From positions 68,683 to 132,682 of the forward strand of contig CAZRML010000020.1 in assembly GCA_964601205.1 (NCBI GenBank): 64,000 bases of DNA, given 5' to 3'. A program made the position numbers and the translations under genes. Positions 60,435 through 64,000 of the stretch are shown here, piece after piece. This stretch comes from an uncultured Actinomycetota bacterium. Lineage in GTDB: Bacteria; Actinomycetota; Humimicrobiia; Humimicrobiales; Humimicrobiaceae. The notes under the pieces were generated by a model that saw nothing but the letters and a program-made list of their open reading frames with translations, did no database searches and was not told the origin of the DNA. Each line of letters opens with the position of its first letter. Position 1 is the stretch's first letter.

Positions 60435-63400
60435 ATGAATTATATTAAAAGAAACTTTAAATCAAAGATAGGAGTATTTTTCCTGATAGCTACCCTTATT
60501 TTCTGGATGCTCCCTTCCAACCTTATATTTGGTGAAGGCGAGTCATCTGATATAGAGCTGCTTCAGCAGGATCTTTCTGATGCCAGCGCAAAACTGGCAG
60601 AGGCCAATGCAGCTGCAGAAAGTGCGGCGGGAGAACTGGAGACGGCACAGGCTGCAGCAGACAAAGCCAATGCAGCGCTGGAAGAGGCAAAGACAGAGGC
60701 AGATGAAGCCAGTAAAGCTGTAGCAGATGCCCGGGCTGATTTAGATGAAGCTAATAAAATCCTGGAGGATGCTGAGAAAGAGTTAGACAATGCTAAGGCA
60801 GACCTTGAAAATAAAGGGGAAGAAGACGATATTGAAGCTCTTGAGCAGGCAGTAGCCGATGCTCAGGCTGCCTGTGATGAAGCTAAAGACAGTGCTGATG
60901 AGGCAAAGGATAAATTGGAAAAAGCGCAGGATGATTTAGATGAGGCCAATACTAAATTAGAAGCAGCGCAGGCTGCTGCAGACCAGGCTAATAAAGTTTT
61001 AGAAGAAGCAAAGGATAAAGATGAGCAGGCAAAAGCAGCGGTAGCAGCAGCAGAGCAGGCTGTAGCCGATGCCAAGGCAGAACTTGATGCAGCTCTGGCA
61101 GCTCTGAATGATAAAGGTGGAGAGGCAACAGATGACACAACTCCTCCGGCAATAACTTTAGTCGGGGAAAGCACAGTTACTGTAGAGCTTGTCTCTGAAT
61201 ATACAGATGCCGGTGCCACTGCAACTGATGATATAGACGGAGATATATCTGATTCTATAGTAGTGGTAAGCGATGTGGATACTTCTGTAGCCGGTACATA
61301 TACTGTTACCTATAATGTCAGTGACAGTGCCGGGAATGCTGCTGCTGAAGTTACAAGAACCGTAAATGTTGTTGAATCTTCAGAGGAAGAGAGTAGTGGG
61401 GAGTCAGATAATGAACCAGAATATGCTCCTTCTATAAGTTCAGATAAAGAAGACTACCATCCCGGCGATGAAGTAACCATCTCCGGCGAAGGATTTGTTC
61501 CCGGCGAGGAAATCCAGATAATATTTTATGCCATAACTGCTGAGAACCCGGGTGGTGTTATAGAGCACACTGACATAATAGATAATGTTGGCGAGGATGG
61601 TACATTTGTTTACAAGTACAATATTGTAGGCGCCGAGAAATACAGAGTTGAGGCAAGGTCAGTGGTTGAAGATGAGAATGGGGAAACAGAGACTCTGGAG
61701 AGTGATTCAATTGAATTTGAAGTTGAAGAAGATGTTGTTGAAACAATAATTCTGGGAAATCTTCTGGCATGGACGGAATTTACTGACTCAACATCATGGG
61801 ATCCTGATTCCGGTGCTTATACTTATCCTAATGATAAACCAATGTTAAAAGATGGTAATATAGGAGGGGCTACTCACTGGGTTAAGTCAAATTGGGGGAC
61901 TGGTGATACTGGTCCTGTCACTTTCCCATATTCAGGATTTGTGTCACCTTGCGGTGGCAGTTCTGTAGAGCTTACTGTCGTTGTTATTAAGACCGGTAAT
62001 TATTTTTTGCATTTCTATCCTGATGGAAGCCGTGCATATTGGTATAAAAATAATCCAATAAGTGAAGGCGGTTTAGAAGGGAATGCCAAACCTTCTTATT
62101 ATAATGTAAATTTTAGCGGTACCGGTTCTGTGAGTGTTTCAGAGAAATATAGTTGTACAAAAGACATAAGCCATATTGAATTTTATTTTAAATGTCCAGT
62201 AGTTAGCACCGGCTCCATTACAGTTACAAAGACAGGCCTCGAAGGTAGCGACCAGGCAAACCTCTCGCTGTATGATTCAGATGATAACCTGATTGCCACA
62301 TCACCGCAGAAAGTGTCCAATAATGGAACAGCAAGCTGGACAGGTTTACCATACGGTAATTACCATATAGTAGAAGACTTTAATGGAATAACAACAAACG
62401 TGTATACGTATACAGTCTCTAACCCGGTAAAAAATATTACCGTTAATGGTGCTGAGACTGATACAATTGCTAATACTCCAGAAAAAGGCTCAATTACAGT
62501 TAGGAAGTCAGGCCTTGAGGGAAGCGATACTGCCATATTCTCACTTACAGGTCCGGCAGGAACAGGGCCATTTGATGATGTAATTCTTGATAATAAATCA
62601 GGAAGTGGTTATCCATCAAGTGGTGGATGGAGTAATCTACCATACGGGCAATACACAGTAACAGAGAAATGGGGCGAAGGAAATGTTTATACATATAATA
62701 CTACTCTTAGCCCGAATCCCAAGACAGTTACTGTCAATGGGAATGAAGATATCTGTGTAACGAACTGTGCTGAGAAATATAGTGTTACAGTTAATAAATC
62801 TGGCCTTGAATGGGGATACTGGTGGGCTGATGAAGCCACATTTACACTTACAGGACCTGAAGGTCTAAATAGCGATGTACGAAGTGTAGTTCTTGATAAT
62901 TTCTGGTGGAATGATTATTGGGGCGGGCCTTATAGTAGTAAAACATGGACAGGATTGCCTCCAGGAGAATATACATTAACTGAAAGCTACCCGGGTGACA
63001 ATAGTATCACTTATACTTCTAATATAACATTCCCGCAGGAATTTGATCTTGGACCTGATAAAACCTTCGATGTGGTTAATACCAGTATAGAAGAAATTGA
63101 AGGTGACATAACTCTTAACAAGACGGGCCTCGGCGAACTGCCTGCTGGCGTACAGGCAGGATTTACCCTTCTTGACAAGGATAAAATACAAGTAGCCGGA
63201 TACTCAGAGAAGTTCCTCTCAGGTGACGGAAGCATAACCTGGGAAGATGTTTCTTATGGTGAATACTATATCAGGGAGACAACCACTCCTGATGGTTTTG
63301 TCACAATGGCAGATCAATATGTAGATGTAAATGGATCGGAAGCTGACGGGGTATACGAAGTTGATGTTGAAAATGAAGAGGCAACCGGCAAAATTAAGGT

Positions 63401-64000
63401 TACAAAAACATTTGTAAGCCAGTCTGGTGTAAATCCACCAGCATCTTTCAATTTCACTATTGAAGATGAAGATTCAATTGTAAATGGATTTACAATTGTT
63501 CCAAATGGAACCTGGACTAGCGGAGACCTTTTACTTGGTAAATACACTATTACTGAAACGGATGTAGGTTATCTTGTAACTATTAAAGTTAATGGAGCAG
63601 TAATAGCAACAAATACGTTGACTCCTGAATCAGTAGATGTTGAACTTACTAAAAATGACCAGGAAATTGTAATAGAAATTGAAAATGACCCTGAAATTCC
63701 TGGTTCAATAACGCTAAACAAGAGCGGGCTTGGCTCTACAAGTGTTGCAGGATTTACCCTTTATGATTCCAGTAATAATCCGGTTGGAAGTGAAAAAACA
63801 GTTACCGGTAATGGCACAGTTAGCTGGAATGTTCTCAAATGGGGTACATACAAAATTGTAGAGACCACAGTACCATCTGGTTATAATAAGATGGCTGATA
63901 TTACCGGAATAGTGGTTGGTGACGAGAAGCAGAACCATACCTTTGACAGAACAAATTCAAGGATTGTTATTGACCGTGGTTCTGTAACCCTTAACAAGAG
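60435..64000 (+). CDS. giant surface protein (partial, >1188 aa): signal peptide, Ala-rich coiled coil, DUF5011-like Ig domain, Big-like domain, Cys-containing module, >=7 tandem Cna B/SpaA-type repeats
   Basis: Read directly in frame 0 from ATG 60435 (GAGG RBS). Missing from the ORF track because there is no stop inside the window. Repeats start [20 protein letters not shown], ...[36 protein letters not shown] and GSVTLNK, each with a GxYx(I/L/V)xET-type motif. Confidence 0.8.
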   Translation, partial: MNYIKRNFKSKIGVFFLIATLIFWMLPSNLIFGEGESSDIELLQQDLSDASAKLAEANAAAESAAGELETAQAAADKANAALEEAKTEADEASKAVADARADLDEANKILEDAEKELDNAKADLENKGEEDDIEALEQAVADAQAACDEAKDSADEAKDKLEKAQDDLDEANTKLEAAQAAADQANKVLEEAKDKDEQAKAAVAAAEQAVADAKAELDAALAALNDKGGEATDDTTPPAITLVGESTVTVELVSEYTDAGATATDDIDGDISDSIVVVSDVDTSVAGTYTVTYNVSDSAGNAAAEVTRTVNVVESSEEESSGESDNEPEYAPSISSDKEDYHPGDEVTISGEGFVPGEEIQIIFYAITAENPGGVIEHTDIIDNVGEDGTFVYKYNIVGAEKYRVEARSVVEDENGETETLESDSIEFEVEEDVVETIILGNLLAWTEFTDSTSWDPDSGAYTYPNDKPMLKDGNIGGATHWVKSNWGTGDTGPVTFPYSGFVSPCGGSSVELTVVVIKTGNYFLHFYPDGSRAYWYKNNPISEGGLEGNAKPSYYNVNFSGTGSVSVSEKYSCTKDISHIEFYFKCPVVSTGSITVTKTGLEGSDQANLSLYDSDDNLIATSPQKVSNNGTASWTGLPYGNYHIVEDFNGITTNVYTYTVSNPVKNITVNGAETDTIANTPEKGSITVRKSGLEGSDTAIFSLTGPAGTGPFDDVILDNKSGSGYPSSGGWSNLPYGQYTVTEKWGEGNVYTYNTTLSPNPKTVTVNGNEDICVTNCAEKYSVTVNKSGLEWGYWWADEATFTLTGPEGLNSDVRSVVLDNFWWNDYWGGPYSSKTWTGLPPGEYTLTESYPGDNSITYTSNITFPQEFDLGPDKTFDVVNTSIEEIEGDITLNKTGLGELPAGVQAGFTLLDKDKIQVAGYSEKFLSGDGSITWEDVSYGEYYIRETTTPDGFVTMADQYVDVNGSEADGVYEVDVENEEATGKIKVTKTFVSQSGVNPPASFNFTIEDEDSIVNGFTIVPNGTWTSGDLLLGKYTITETDVGYLVTIKVNGAVIATNTLTPESVDVELTKNDQEIVIEIENDPEIPGSITLNKSGLGSTSVAGFTLYDSSNNPVGSEKTVTGNGTVSWNVLKWGTYKIVETTVPSGYNKMADITGIVVGDEKQNHTFDRTNSRIVIDRGSVTLNK
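62211..64000 (+). repeat. tandem array of ~92-108-aa Cna B/SpaA-fold domain repeats inside the surface-protein CDS (units start ~62211, 62487, 62778, 63102, 63387, 63702, 63978)
   Basis: Each unit carries a (G)xI(T/K)(V/L)xK(T/S)GL first strand, a Y(T/K/H)(I/V/L)xE(T/K) motif ([58 protein letters not shown]) and a VxN third position (VTVNGN, ITVNGA, VKVNGA). Confidence 0.75.

Noticed and set aside
60563-61219. Two Ala/Ser-rich minus-strand ORFs (75 and 118 aa)
   Set aside because: Antisense to the GC-rich Ala-codon coiled-coil region of the surface-protein gene. The plus-strand frame is continuous from 60435 to the window end with an RBS and signal peptide. The same applies to the minus-strand ORFs at 61558, 62976, 63011, 63314 and 63714.

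Overview
This is a low-GC, Firmicutes/Clostridia-like chromosomal window that is almost entirely housekeeping genes on the + strand until ~54.5 kb. In order, it holds an IlvD/EDD-family dehydratase, yggS-murI-rph-rdgB, a 7-tRNA cluster, tig-clpP-clpX-valS-folC, ndk, maf-mreBCD-mrdA-rodA, a TIGR03960/TIGR03936 radical-SAM pair with rng, ychF (-), rplU-rpmA, an inserted block (split chrA on -, two Zn-alcohol dehydrogenases), obg-proBA-nadD-yqeK-LCP-rsfS-leuS, pfpI (-), comEA-comEC-(MFS)-holA / rpsT (-), murJ, lepA, and fhs-folD behind a long GC-rich leader. The last ~9.5 kb is accessory: a blaI / sensor-less M56 (BlaR1-like) pair, an orphan type-3 solute-binding lipoprotein, a DUF4143 AAA ATPase gene bracketed by 37-bp direct repeats that duplicate the 3' end of the adjacent sortase gene, the sortase (-), and a divergently transcribed giant surface protein (>1188 aa, running off the window) with a signal peptide, an Ala-rich coiled coil, Ig-like domains and at least 7 tandem Cna B/SpaA-type repeats. 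A promoter plus terminator pair in the sortase/adhesin intergenic region predicts a ~170-nt small RNA or attenuator. Other points of note are a tRNA-Gly gene whose anticodon loop reads as 8 nt, an apparent ATT start codon for rplU, and a candidate riboswitch upstream of fhs-folD. No CRISPR array, transposase or recognisable defence system was seen.
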